A stretch of 64,000 bases of DNA from Eledone cirrhosa. Its lineage: Eukaryota. Location: NCBI GenBank assembly GCA_964016885.1, contig OZ024764.1:1054001-1118000 (forward strand), in the 5' to 3' direction. Shown piece after piece: positions 1-15,000 of the stretch (its first letter is position 1; each line of letters starts with the position of its first letter). Below the pieces are notes generated by a model, which saw only the letters and a list, made by a program, of their open reading frames with translations, made no database searches and was not told where the DNA came from. Made by a program: the position numbers and the translations under genes.

Positions 1-3000
1 TCTCCTACACGACCACTTTACAGCGTGGAGTGGGTGTTTTTTTACTGTCTCTCCTACACGACCACTTTACAGTGTGGAGTGGGTGTTTTTTTACTGTCTC
101 TCCTACACGACCACTTTACAGCGTGGACTGTGTGTTTTTTTACTGTGTCTCCTACACGACCACATTACAGCGTGGACTGTGTTTTTTTACTGTCTCTCCT
201 ACACGACCACTTTACAGTGTGGAGTGGGTGTTTTTTTACTGTCTCTCCTACACGACCACATTACAGCGTGGACTGTGTTTTTTTACTGTCTCTCCTACAC
301 GACCACTTTACAGCGTGGACTGTGTGTTTTTTTACTGTCTCTCCTACACGACCACTTTACAGCGTGGAGTGGGTGTTTTTACTGTCTCTCCTACACGACC
401 ACTTTACAGTGTGGAGTGGGTGTTTTTTTACTGTCTCTCCTACACGACCACTTTACAGCGTGGAGTGGGTGTTTTTACTGTCTCTCCTACACGACCACTT
501 TACAGTGTGGAGTGGGTGTTTTTACTGTCTCTCCTACACGACCACTTTACAGTGTGGAGTGGGTGTTTTTTTACTGTCTCTCCTACACGACCACATTACA
601 GCGTGGACTGTGTTTTTTTACTGTCTCTCCTACACGACCACTTTACAGCGTGGACTGTGTGTTTTTTTACTGTCTCTCCTACACGACCACTTTACAGCGT
701 GGAGTGGGTGTTTTTACTGTCTCTCCTACACGACCACTTTACAGTGTGGAGTGGGTGTTTTTACTGTCTCTCCTACACGACCACTTTACAGCGTGGAGTG
801 GGTGTTTTTTTACTGTCTCTCCTACACGACCACTTTACAGCGTGGACTGTGTTTTTTTACTGTCTCTCCTACACGACCACTTTACAGCGTGGAGTGGGTG
901 TTTTTTTACTGTCTCTCCTACACGACCACTTTACAGTGTGGAGTGGGTGTTTTTTTACTGTCTCTCCTGCACGACCACTTTACAGTGTGGAGTGGGTGTT
1001 TTTACTGTCTCTCCTACACGACCACTTTACAGCGTGGACTGTGTGTTTTTTTACTGTCTCTCCTACACGACCACTTTACAGCGTGGAGTGGGTGTTTTTT
1101 TACTGTCTCTCCTACACGACCACTTTACAGTGTGGAGTGGGTGTTTTTTTACTGTCTCTCCTGCACGACCACTTTACAGCGTGGACTGTGTGTTTTTTTA
1201 CTGTCTCTCCTACACGACCACTTTACAGCGTGGAGTGGGTGTTTTTTTACTGTCTCTCCTACACGACCACTTTACAGTGTGGAGTGGGTGTTTTTTTACT
1301 GTCTCTCCTACACGACCACTTTACAGCGTGGACTGTGTGTTTTTACTGTCTCTCCTACACGACCACTTTACAGCGTGGAGTGGGTGTTTTTTTACTGTCT
1401 CTCCTACACGACCACTTTACAGCGTGGACTGTGTTTTTTTACTGTCTCTCCTACACGACCACTTTACAGCGTGGAGTGGGTGTTTTTACTGTCTCTCCTG
1501 CACGACCACATTACAGTGTGGACTGTGTTTTTTTACTGTCTCTCCTACACGACCACTTTACAGTGTGGACTGTGTGTTTTTACTGTCTCTCCTACACGAC
1601 CACTTTACAGTGTGGAGTGGGTGTTTTTACTGTCTCTCCTACACGACCACTTTACAGCGTGGACTGTGTGTTTTTTTACTGTCTCTCCTACACGACCACT
1701 TTACAGCGTGGAGTGGGTGTTTTTTTACTGTCTCTCCTACACGACCACTTTACAGTGTGGAATGGGTGTTTTTTTACTGTCTCTCCTGCACGACCACTTT
1801 ACAGCGTGGACTGTGTGTTTTTTTACTGTCTCTCCTACACGACCACTTTACAGTGTGGATTGTGTGTTTTTACTGTCTCTCCTACACGACCACTTTACAG
1901 CGTGGAGTGGGTGTTTTTACTGTCTCTCCTACACGACCACTTTACAGCGTGGAGTGGGTGTTTTTTTACTGTCTCTCCTACACGACCACTTTACAGTGTG
2001 GAGTGGGTGTTTTTACTGTCTCTCCTACACGACCACTTTACAGCGTGGACTGTGTGTTTTTTTACTGTCTCTCCTACACGACCACTTTACAGCGTGGACT
2101 GTGTGTTTTTACTGTCTCTCCTACACGACCACTTTACAGTGTGGAGTGGGTGTTTTTTTACTGTCTCTCCTACACGACCACTTTACAGTGTGGAGTGGGT
2201 GTTTTTTTACTGTCTCTCCTGCACGACCACTTTACAGCGTGGACTGTGTGTTTTTTTACTGTCTCTCCTACACGACCACTTTACAGTGTGGATTGTGTGT
2301 TTTTACTGTCTCTCCTACACGACCACTTTACAGCGTGGAGTGGGTGTTTTTACTGTCTCTCCTGCACGACCACTTTACAGCGTGGACTGTGTGTTTTTTT
2401 ACTGTCTCTCCTACACGACCACTTTACAGTGTGGAGTGGGTGTTTTTTTACTGTCTCTCCTACACGACCACTTTACAGCGTGGACTGTGTGTTTTTTTAC
2501 TGTCTCTCCTACACGACCACTTTACAGTGTGGACTGTGTGTTTTTTTACTGTCTCTCCTACACGACCACTTTACAGTGTGGACTGTGTGTTTTTTTACTG
2601 TCTCTCCTACACGACCACTTTACAGCGTGGACTGTGTGTTTTTTTACTGTCTCTCCTACACGACCACTTTACAGTGTGGATTGTGTGTTTTTACTGTCTC
2701 TCCTACACGACCACTTTACAGCGTGGAGTGGGTGTTTTTTTACTGTCTCTCCTACACGACCACTTTACAGTGTGGAGTGGGTGTTTTTTTACTGTCTCCC
2801 CTGCACGACCACTTTACAGCGTGGACTGTGTGTTTTTTTACTGTCTCTCCTACACGACCACTTTACAGCGTGGAGTGGGTGTTTTTACTGTCTCTCCTAC
2901 ACGACCACTTTACAGCATGGACTCTGTGTTTTTACTGTCTCTCCTACACGACCACTTTACAGTGTGGAGTGGGTGTTTTTACTGTCTCTCCTGCACGACC

Positions 3001-6000
3001 ACTTTACAGCGTGGACTGTGTGTTTTTTTACTGTCTCTCCTACACAACCACTTTACAGCGTGGAGTGGGTGTTTTTTTACTGTCTCTCCTACACGACCAC
3101 TTTACAGCGTGGACTGTGTGTTTTTTTACTGTCTCTCCTACACGACCACTTTACAGCGTGGACTGTGTGTTTTTTTACTGTCTCTCCTACACGACCACTT
3201 TACAGCGTGGAGTGGGTGTTTTTACTGTCTCTCCTGCACGACCACTTTACAGCGTGGACTGTGTGTTTTTTTACTGTCTCTCCTACACGACCACTTTACA
3301 GCGTGGACTGTGTGTTTTTTTACTGTCTCTCCTACACGACCACTTTACAGCGTGGAGTGGGTGTCTTTACTGTCTCTCCTGCACGACCACTTTACAGCGT
3401 GGACTGTGTGTTTTTTTACTGTCTCTCCTACACGACCACTTTACAGCGTGGACTGTGTGTTTTTTTACTGTCTCTCCTACACGACCACTTTACAGCATGG
3501 ACTCTGTGTTTTTACTGTCTCTCCTACACGACCACTTTACAGTGTGGAGTGGGTGTTTTTACTGTCTCTCCTGCACGACCACTTTACAGCGTGGACTGTG
3601 TGTTTTTTTACTGTCTCTCCTACACGACCACTTTACAGCATGGACTCTGTGTTTTTACTGTCTCTCCTACACGACCACTTTACAGTGTGGAGTGGGTGTT
3701 TTTACTGTCTCTCCTGCACGACCACTTTACAGCGTGGACTGTGTGTTTTTTTACTGTCTCTCCTACACGACCACTTTACAGCGTGGAGTGGGTGTTTTTT
3801 TACTGTCTCTCCTACACGACCACTTTACAGCGTGGACTGTGTGTTTTTTTACTGTCTCTCCTACACGACCACTTTACAGCGTGGACTGTGTGTTTTTTTA
3901 CTGTCTCTCCTACACGACCACTTTACAGCGTGGAGTGGGTGTTTTTACTGTCTCTCCTGCACGACCACTTTACAGCGTGGACTGTGTGTTTTTTTACTGT
4001 CTCTCCTACACGACCACTTTACAGCGTGGACTGTGTGTTTTTTTACTGTCTCTCCTACACGACCACTTTACAGCGTGGAGTGGGTGTTTTTACTGTCTCT
4101 CCTGCACGACCACTTTACAGCGTGGACTGTGTGTTTTTTTACTGTCTCTCCTACACGACCACTTTACAGCGTGGAGTGGGTGTTTTTTTACTGTCTCTCC
4201 TACACGACCACTTTACAGTGTGGAGTGGGTGTTTTTTTACTGTCTCCCCTGCACGACCACTTTACAGCGTGGACTGTGTGTTTTTTTACTGTCTCTCCTA
4301 CACGACCACTTTACAGCGTGGAGTGGGTGTTTTTACTGTCTCTCCTGCACGACCACTTTACAGCGTGGACTGTGTGTTTTTTTACTGTCTCTCCTACACG
4401 ACCACTTTACAGCGTGGAGTGGGTGTTTTTTTACTGTCTCTCCTACACGACCACTTTACAGTGTGGAGTGGGTGTTTTTTTACTGTCTCCCCTGCACGAC
4501 CACTTTACAGCGTGGACTGTGTGTTTTTTTACTGTCTCTCCTACACGACCACTTTACAGCGTGGAGTGGGTGTTTTTTTACTGTCTCTCCTACACGACCA
4601 CTTTACAGCGTGGACTGTGTGTTTTTTTACTGTCTCTCCTACACGACCACTTTACAGCGTGGACTGTGTGTTTTTTTACTGTCTCTCCTACACGACCACT
4701 TTACAGCGTGGACTGTGTGTTTTTTTACTGTCTCTCCTACACGACCACTTTACAGCGTGGACTGTGTGTTTTTTTACTGTCTCTCCTACACGACCACTTT
4801 ACAGCGTGGACTGTGTGTTTTTTTACTGTCTCTCCTACACGACCACATTACAGCGTGGACTGTGTGTTTTTTTACTGTCTCTCCTACACGACCACTTTAC
4901 AGCGTGGACTGTGTGTTTTTTTACTGTCTCTCCTACACGACCACTTTACAGCGTGGAGTGGGTGTTTTTACTGTCTCTCCTGCACGACCACTTTACAGCG
5001 TGGACTGTGTGTTTTTTTACTGTCTCTCCTACACGACCACTTTACAGCGTGGACTGTGTGTTTTTTTACTGTCTCTCCTACACGACCACATTACAGCGTG
5101 GACTGTGTGTTTTTTTACTGTCTCTCCTACACGACCACTTTACAGCGTGGACTGTGTGTTTTTTTACTGTCTCTCCTACACGACCACTTTACAGCGTGGA
5201 CTGTGTGTTTTTTTACTGTCTCTCCTACACGACCACTTTACAGCGTGGACTGTGTGTTTTTTTACTGTCTCTCCTACACGACCACATTACAGCGTGGACT
5301 GTGTGTTTTTTTACTGTCTCTCCTACACGACCACTTTACAGCGTGGACTGTGTGTTTTTTTACTGTCTCTCCTACACGACCACTTTACAGCGTGGAGTGG
5401 GTGTTTTTACTGTCTCTCCTGCACGACCACTTTACAGCGTGGACTGTGTGTTTTTTTACTGTCTCTCCTACACGACCACTTTACAGCGTGGACTGTGTGT
5501 TTTTTTACTGTCTCTCCTACACGACCACATTACAGCGTGGACTGTGTGTTTTTTTACTGTCTCTCCTACACGACCACTTTACAGCGTGGACTGTGTGTTT
5601 TTTTACTGTCTCTCCTACACGACCACTTTACAGCGTGGACTGTGTGTTTTTTTACTGTCTCTCCTACACGACCACTTTACAGCGTGGACTGTGTGTTTTT
5701 TTACTGTCTCTCCTACACGACCACATTACAGCGTGGACTGTGTGTTTTTTTACTGTCTCTCCTACACGACCACTTTACAGCGTGGACTGTGTGTTTTTTT
5801 ACTGTCTCTCCTACACGACCACTTTACAGCGTGGAGTGGGTGTTTTTACTGTCTCTCCTGCACGACCACTTTACAGCGTGGACTGTGTGTTTTTTTACTG
5901 TCTCTCCTACACGACCACTTTACAGCGTGGACTGTGTGTTTTTTTACTGTCTCTCCTACACGACCACATTACAGCGTGGACTGTGTGTTTTTTTACTGTC

Positions 6001-9000
6001 TCTCCTACACGACCACTTTACAGCGTGGACTGTGTGTTTTTTTACTGTCTCTCCTACACGACCACTTTACAGCGTGGAGTGGGTGTTTTTACTGTCTCTC
6101 CTGCACGACCACTTTACAGCGTGGACTGTGTGTTTTTTTACTGTCTCTCCTACACGACCACTTTACAGCGTGGACTGTGTGTTTTTTTACTGTCTCTCCT
6201 ACACGACCACTTTACAGCGTGGAGTGGGTGTTTTTACTGTCTCTCCTGCACGACCACTTTACAGCGTGGACTGTGTGTTTTTTTACTGTCTCTCCTACAC
6301 GACCACTTTACAGCGTGGACTGTGTGTTTTTTTACTGTCTCTCCTACACGACCACTTTACAGCGTGGAGTGGGTGTTTTTACTGTCTCTCCTGCACGACC
6401 ACTTTACAGCGTGGACTGTGTGTTTTTTTACTGTCTCTCCTACACGACCACTTTACAGCGTGGACTGTGTGTTTTTACTGTCTCTCCTACATGACCACTT
6501 TACAGCGTGGACTGTGTGTTTTTTTACTGTCTCTCCTACACGACCACTTTACAGCGTGGACTGTGTGTTTTTTTACTGTCTCTCCTACACGACCACTTTA
6601 CAGTGTGGAGTGGGTGTTTTTACTGTCTCTCCTGCACGACCACTTTACAGCGTGGACTGTGTGTTTTTTTACTGTCTCTCCTACACGACCACTTTACAGC
6701 GTGGAGTGGGTGTTTTTTTACTGTCTCTCCTACACGACCACTTTACAGTGTGGAGTGGGTGTTTTTACTGTCTCTCCTACACGACCACTTTACAGCGTGG
6801 ACTGTGTGTTTTTTTACTGTCTCTCCTACACGACCACTTTACAGTGTGGAGTGGGTGTTTTTACTGTCTCTCCTGCACGACCACTTTACAGCGTGGACTG
6901 TGTGTTTTTACTGTCTCTCCTACACGACCACTTTACAGTGTGGACTGTGTGTTTTTACTGTCTCTCCTACACGACCACTTTACAGCGTGGAGTGGGTGTT
7001 TTTTTACTGTCTCTCCTACACGACCACTTTACAGCGTGGACTGTGTGTTTTTACTGTCTCTCCTACACGACCACTTTACAGTGTGGACTGTGTGTTTTTA
7101 CTGTCTCTCCTACACGACCACTTTACAGCGTGGAGTGGGTGTTTTTTTACTGTCTCTCCTACACGACCACTTTACAGCGTGGACTGTGTGTTTTTTTACT
7201 GTCTCTCCTACACGACCACTTTACAGCGTGGACTGTGTGTTTTTACTGTCTCTCCTACACGACCACTTTACAGTGTGGAGTGGGTGTTTTTACTGTCTCT
7301 CCTACACGACCACTTTACAGCGTGGACTGTGTGTTTTTACTGTCTCTCCTACACGACCACTTTACAGCATGGACTCTGTGTTTTTACTGTCTCTCCTACA
7401 CGACCACTTTACAGTGTGGAGTGGGTGTTTTTACTGTCTCTCCTACACGACCACTTTACAGCGTGGACTGTGTGTTTTTTTACTGTCTCTCCTACACGAC
7501 CACTTTACAGTGTGGATTGTGTGTTTTTACTGTCTCTCCTACACGACCACTTTACAGCGTGGACTGTGTGTTTTTACTGTCTCTCCTACACGACCACTTT
7601 ACAGTGTGGAGTGGGTGTTTTTTTACTGTCTCTCCTGCACGACCACTTTACAGCGTGGACTGTGTGTTTTTTTACTGTCTCTCCTACACGACCACTTTAC
7701 AGCGTGGAGTGGGTGTTTTTTTACTGTCTCTCCTACACGACCACTTTACAGTGTGGAGTGGGTGTTTTTTTACTGTCTCCCCTGCACGACCACTTTACAG
7801 CGTGGACTGTGTGTTTTTTTACTGTCTCTCCTACACGACCACTTTACAGCGTGGAGTGGGTGTTTTTTTACTGTCTCTCCTACACGACCACTTTACAGCG
7901 TGGACTGTGTGTTTTTTTACTGTCTCTCCTACACGACCACTTTACAGCGTGGACTGTGTGTTTTTACTGTCTCTCCTACACGACCACTTTACAGCGTGGA
8001 CTGTGTGTTTTTTTACTGTCTCTCCTACACGACCACTTTACAGCATGGACTCTGTGTTTTTACTGTCTCTCCTACACGACCACTTTACAGTGTGGAGTGG
8101 GTGTTTTTACTGTCTCTCCTACACGACCACTTTACAGCGTGGACTGTGTGTTTTTTTACTGTCTCTCCTACACGACCACTTTACAGCGTGGACTGTGTGT
8201 TTTTTTACTGTCTCTCCTACACGACCACTTTACAGTGTGGAGTGGGTGTTTTTACTGTCTCTCCTACACGACCACTTTACAGCGTGGACTGTGTGTTTTT
8301 TTACTGTCTCTCCTACACGACCACTTTACAGCGTGGAGTGGGTGTTTTTTTACTGTCTCTCCTACACGACCACTTTACAGTGTGGAGTGGGTGTTTTTAC
8401 TGTCTCTCCTACACGACCACTTTACAGCGTGGACTGTGTGTTTTTTTACTGTCTCTCCTACACGACCACTTTACAGCGTGGAGTGGGTGTTTTTTTACTG
8501 TCTCTCCTACACGACCACTTTACAGTGTGGAGTGGGTGTTTTTACTGTCTCTCCTACACGACCACTTTACAGCGTGGACTGTGTGTTTTTTTACTGTCTC
8601 TCCTACACGACCACTTTACAGTGTGGAGTGGGTGTTTTTACTGTCTCTCCTGCACGACCACTTTACAGCGTGGACTGTGTGTTTTTTTACTGTCTCTCCT
8701 ACACGACCACTTTACAGCGTGGAGTGGGTGTTTTTTTACTGTCTCTCCTACACGACCACTTTACAGCGTGGACTGTGTGTTTTTACTGTCTCTCCTACAC
8801 GACCACTTTACAGTGTGGACTGTGTGTTTTTACTGTCTCTCCTACACGACCACTTTACAGCGTGGAGTGGGTGTTTTTTTACTGTCTCTCCTACACGACC
8901 ACTTTACAGCGTGGACTGTGTGTTTTTTTACTGTCTCTCCTACACGACCACTTTACAGCGTGGACTGTGTGTTTTTACTGTCTCTCCTACACGACCACTT

Positions 9001-12000
9001 TACAGCGTGGACTGTGTGTTTTTTTACTGTCTCTCCTACACGACCACTTTACAGCATGGACTCTGTGTTTTTACTGTCTCTCCTACACGACCACTTTACA
9101 GTGTGGAGTGGGTGTTTTTACTGTCTCTCCTACACGACCACTTTACAGCATGGACTCTGTGTTTTTACTGTCTCTCCTACACGACCACTTTACAGCGTGG
9201 ACTGTGTGTTTTTTTACTGTCTCTCCTACACGACCACTTTACAGTGTGGATTGTGTGTTTTTACTGTCTCTCCTACACGACCACTTTACAGCGTGGACTG
9301 TGTGTTTTTACTGTCTCTCCTACACGACCACTTTACAGCATGGACTCTGTGTTTTTACTGTCTCTCCTACACGACCACTTTACAGTGTGGACTGTGTGTT
9401 TTTTTACTGTCTCTCCTGCACGACCACTTTACAGCGTGGACTGTGTGTTTTTTTACTGTCTCTCCTACACGACCACTTTACAGCGTGGAGTGGGTGTTTT
9501 TTTACTGTCTCTCCTACACGACCACTTTACAGTGTGGATTGTGTGTTTTTACTGTCTCTCCTACACGACCACTTTACAGCGTGGACTGTGTGTTTTTACT
9601 GTCTCTCCTACACGACCACTTTACAGCGTGGACTGTGTGTTTTTTTACTGTCTCTCCTACACGACCACTTTACAGCATGGACTCTGTGTTTTTACTGTCT
9701 CTCCTACACGACCACTTTACAGTGTGGAGTGGGTGTTTTTACTGTCTCTCCTACACGACCACTTTACAGCGTGGACTGTGTGTTTTTTTACTGTCTCTCC
9801 TACACGACCACTTTACAGTGTGGATTGTGTGTTTTTACTGTCTCTCCTACACGACCACTTTACAGCGTGGACTGTGTGTTTTTACTGTCTCTCCTACACG
9901 ACCACTTTACAGCGTGGACTGTGTGTTTTTACTGTCTCTCCTACACGACCACTTTACAGCGTGGACTGTGTGTTTTTACTGTCTCTCCTGCACGACCACT
10001 TTACAGCGTGGACTGTGTGTTTTTTTACTGTCTCTCCTACACGACCACTTTACAGCGTGGAGTGGGTGTTTTTTTACTGTCTCTCCTACACGACCACTTT
10101 ACAGTGTGGAGTGGGTGTTTTTTTACTGTCTCCCCTGCACGACCACTTTACAGCGTGGACTGTGTGTTTTTTTACTGTCTCTCCTACACGACCACTTTAC
10201 AGCGTGGAGTGGGTGTTTTTTTACTGTCTCTCCTACACGACCACTTTACAGTGTGGAGTGGGTGTTTTTTTACTGTCTCCCCTGCACGACCACTTTACAG
10301 CGTGGACTGTGTGTTTTTTTACTGTCTCTCCTACACGACCACTTTACAGCGTGGAGTGGGTGTTTTTTTACTGTCTCTCCTACACGACCACTTTACAGTG
10401 TGGACTGTGTGTTTTTTTACTGTCTCTCCTACACGACCACTTTACAGCGTGGACTGTGTGTTTTTACTGTCTCTCCTACACGACCACTTTACAGTGTGGA
10501 GTGTGTGTTTTTACTGTCTCTCCTACACGACCACTTTACAGCGTGGACTGTGTGTTTTTTTACTGTCTCTCCTACACGACCACTTTACAGTGTGGACTGT
10601 GTGTTTTTACTGTCTCTCCTACACGACCACTTTACAGCGTGGACTGTGTGTTTTTTTACTGTCTCTCCTACACGACCACTTTACAGCGTGGACTGTGTGT
10701 TTTTACTGTCTCTCCTACACGACCACTTTACAGTGTGGAGTGTGTGTTTTTACTGTCTCTCCTACACGACCACTTTACAGCGTGGAGTGGGTGTTTTTTT
10801 ACTGTCTCTCCTACACGACCACTTTACAGTGTGGAGTGGGTGTTTTTTTACTGTCTCTCCTACACGACCACTTTACAGCGTGGACTGTGTGTTTTTACTG
10901 TCTCTCCTACACGACCACTTTACAGTGTGGACTGTTTGTTTTTACTGTCTCTCCTACACGACCACTTTACAGCGTGGACTGTGTGTTTTTTTACTGTCTC
11001 TCCTACACGACCACTTTACAGCGTGGACTGTGTGTTTTTACTGTCTCTCCTACACGACCACTTTACAGTGTGGACTGTGTGTTTTTACTGTCTCTCCTAC
11101 ACGACCACTTTACAGCGTGGACTGTGTGTTTTTTTACTGTCTCTCCTACACGACCACTTTACAGTGTGGAGTGGGTGTTTTTACTGTCTCTCCTACACGA
11201 CCACTTTACAGCGTGGACTGTGTTTTTTTACTGTCTCTCCTACACGACCACTTTACAGCGTGGAGTGGGTGTTTTTACTGTCTCTCCTGCACGACCACTT
11301 TACAGTGTGGAGTGGGTGTTTTTTTACTGTCTCTCCTACACGACCACTTTACAGCGTGGACTGTGTGTTTTTACTGTCTCTCCTACACGACCACTTTACA
11401 GTGTGGACTGTGTGTTTTTACTGTCTCTCCTACACGACCACTTTACAGCGTGGACTGTGTGTTTTTTTACTGTCTCTCCTACACGACCACTTTACAGCGT
11501 GGAGTGGGTGTTTTTTTACTGTCTCTCCTACACGACCACTTTACAGCGTGGACTGTGTGTTTTTACTGTCTCTCCTACACGACCACTTTACAGTGTGGAC
11601 TGTGTGTTTTTACTGTCTCTCCTACACGACCACTTTACAGCGTGGACTGTGTGTTTTTTTACTGTCTCTCCTACACGACCACTTTACAGTGTGGACTGTG
11701 TGTTTTTACTGTCTCTCCTACACGACCACTTTACAGCGTGGACTGTGTGTTTTTTTACTGTCTCTCCTACACGACCACTTTACAGCGTGGACTGTGTTTT
11801 TTTACTGTCTCTCCTACACGACCACTTTACAGCGTGGACTGTGTGTTTTTTTACTGTCTCTCCTACACGACCACTTTACAGCGTGGAGTGGGTGTTTTTT
11901 TACTGTCTCTCCTACACGACCACTTTACAGCGTGGACTGTGTGTTTTTACTGTCTCTCCTACACGACCACTTTACAGTGTGGAGTGGGTGTTTTTACTGT

Positions 12001-15000
12001 CTCTCCTACACGACCACTTTACAGCGTGGACTGTGTGTTTTTACTGTCTCTCCTACACGACCACTTTACAGCATGGACTCTGTGTTTTTACTGTCTCTCC
12101 TACACGACCACTTTACAGTGTGGAGTGGGTGTTTTTACTGTCTCTCCTACACGACCACTTTACAGCGTGGACTGTGTGTTTTTTTACTGTCTCTCCTACA
12201 CGACCACTTTACAGCATGGACTCTGTGTTTTTACTGTCTCTCCTACACGACCACTTTACAGTGTGGAGTGGGTGTTTTTACTGTCTCTCCTGCACGACCA
12301 CTTTACAGCGTGGACTGTGTGTTTTTTTACTGTCTCTCCTACACGACCACTTTACAGCATGGACTCTGTGTTTTTACTGTCTCTCCTACACGACCACTTT
12401 ACAGTGTGGAGTGGGTGTTTTTACTGTCTCTCCTGCACGACCACTTTACAGCGTGGACTGTGTGTTTTTTTACTGTCTCTCCTACACGACCACTTTACAG
12501 CGTGGAGTGGGTGTTTTTTTACTGTCTCTCCTACACGACCACTTTACAGCGTGGACTGTGTGTTTTTTTACTGTCTCTCCTACACGACCACTTTACAGCG
12601 TGGACTGTGTGTTTTTTTACTGTCTCTCCTACACGACCACTTTACAGCGTGGAGTGGGTGTTTTTACTGTCTCTCCTGCACGACCACTTTACAGCGTGGA
12701 CTGTGTGTTTTTTTACTGTCTCTCCTACACGACCACTTTACAGCGTGGACTGTGTGTTTTTTTACTGTCTCTCCTACACGACCACTTTACAGCGTGGAGT
12801 GGGTGTTTTTACTGTCTCTCCTGCACGACCACTTTACAGCGTGGACTGTGTGTTTTTTTACTGTCTCTCCTACACGACCACTTTACAGCGTGGAGTGGGT
12901 GTTTTTTTACTGTCTCTCCTACACGACCACTTTACAGTGTGGAGTGGGTGTTTTTTTACTGTCTCCCCTGCACGACCACTTTACAGCGTGGACTGTGTGT
13001 TTTTTTACTGTCTCTCCTACACGACCACTTTACAGCGTGGAGTGGGTGTTTTTTACTGTCTCTCCTGCACGACCACTTTACAGCGTGGACTGTGTGTTTT
13101 TTTACTGTCTCTCCTACACGACCACTTTACAGCGTGGAGTGGGTGTTTTTTTACTGTCTCTCCTACACGACCACTTTACAGTGTGGAGTGGGTGTTTTTT
13201 TACTGTCTCCCCTGCACGACCACTTTACAGCGTGGACTGTGTGTTTTTTTACTGTCTCTCCTACACGACCACTTTACAGCGTGGAGTGGGTGTTTTTTTA
13301 CTGTCTCTCCTACACGACCACTTTACAGCGTGGACTGTGTGTTTTTTTACTGTCTCTCCTACACGACCACTTTACAGCGTGGACTGTGTGTTTTTTTACT
13401 GTCTCTCCTACACGACCACTTTACAGTGTGGAGTGGGTGTTTTTACTGTCTCTCCTGCACGACCACTTTACAGCGTGGACTGTGTGTTTTTTTACTGTCT
13501 CTCCTACACGACCACTTTACAGCGTGGACTGTGTGTTTTTTTACTGTCTCTCCTACACGACCACTTTACAGCGTGGAGTGGGTGTTTTTACTGTCTCTCC
13601 TGCACGACCACTTTACAGCGTGGACTGTGTGTTTTTTTACTGTCTCTCCTACACGACCACTTTACAGCGTGGACTGTGTGTTTTTTTACTGTCTCTCCTA
13701 CACGACCACTTTACAGCGTGGAGTGGGTGTTTTTACTGTCTCTCCTGCACGACCACTTTACAGCGTGGACTGTGTGTTTTTTTACTGTCTCTCCTACACG
13801 ACCACTTTACAGCGTGGACTGTGTGTTTTTTTACTGTCTCTCCTACACGACCACTTTACAGCGTGGAGTGGGTGTTTTTACTGTCTCTCCTGCACGACCA
13901 CTTTACAGCGTGGACTGTGTGTTTTTTTACTGTCTCTCCTACACGACCACTTTACAGCGTGGACTGTGTGTTTTTACTGTCTCTCCTACATGACCACTTT
14001 ACAGCGTGGACTGTGTGTTTTTTTACTGTCTCTCCTACACGACCACTTTACAGCGTGGACTGTGTGTTTTTTTACTGTCTCTCCTACACGACCACTTTAC
14101 AGTGTGGAGTGGGTGTTTTTACTGTCTCTCCTGCACGACCACTTTACAGCGTGGACTGTGTGTTTTTTTACTGTCTCTCCTACACGACCACTTTACAGCG
14201 TGGAGTGGGTGTTTTTTTACTGTCTCTCCTACACGACCACTTTACAGTGTGGAGTGGGTGTTTTTACTGTCTCTCCTACACGACCACTTTACAGCGTGGA
14301 CTGTGTGTTTTTTTACTGTCTCTCCTACACGACCACTTTACAGTGTGGAGTGGGTGTTTTTACTGTCTCTCCTGCACGACCACTTTACAGCGTGGACTGT
14401 GTGTTTTTACTGTCTCTCCTACACGACCACTTTACAGTGTGGACTGTGTGTTTTTACTGTCTCTCCTACACGACCACTTTACAGCGTGGAGTGGGTGTTT
14501 TTTTACTGTCTCTCCTACACGACCACTTTACAGCGTGGACTGTGTGTTTTTACTGTCTCTCCTACACGACCACTTTACAGTGTGGACTGTGTGTTTTTAC
14601 TGTCTCTCCTACACGACCACTTTACAGCGTGGAGTGGGTGTTTTTTTACTGTCTCTCCTACACGACCACTTTACAGCGTGGACTGTGTGTTTTTTTACTG
14701 TCTCTCCTACACGACCACTTTACAGCGTGGACTGTGTGTTTTTACTGTCTCTCCTACACGACCACTTTACAGTGTGGAGTGGGTGTTTTTACTGTCTCTC
14801 CTACACGACCACTTTACAGCGTGGACTGTGTGTTTTTACTGTCTCTCCTACACGACCACTTTACAGCATGGACTCTGTGTTTTTACTGTCTCTCCTACAC
14901 GACCACTTTACAGTGTGGAGTGGGTGTTTTTACTGTCTCTCCTACACGACCACTTTACAGCGTGGACTGTGTGTTTTTTTACTGTCTCTCCTACACGACC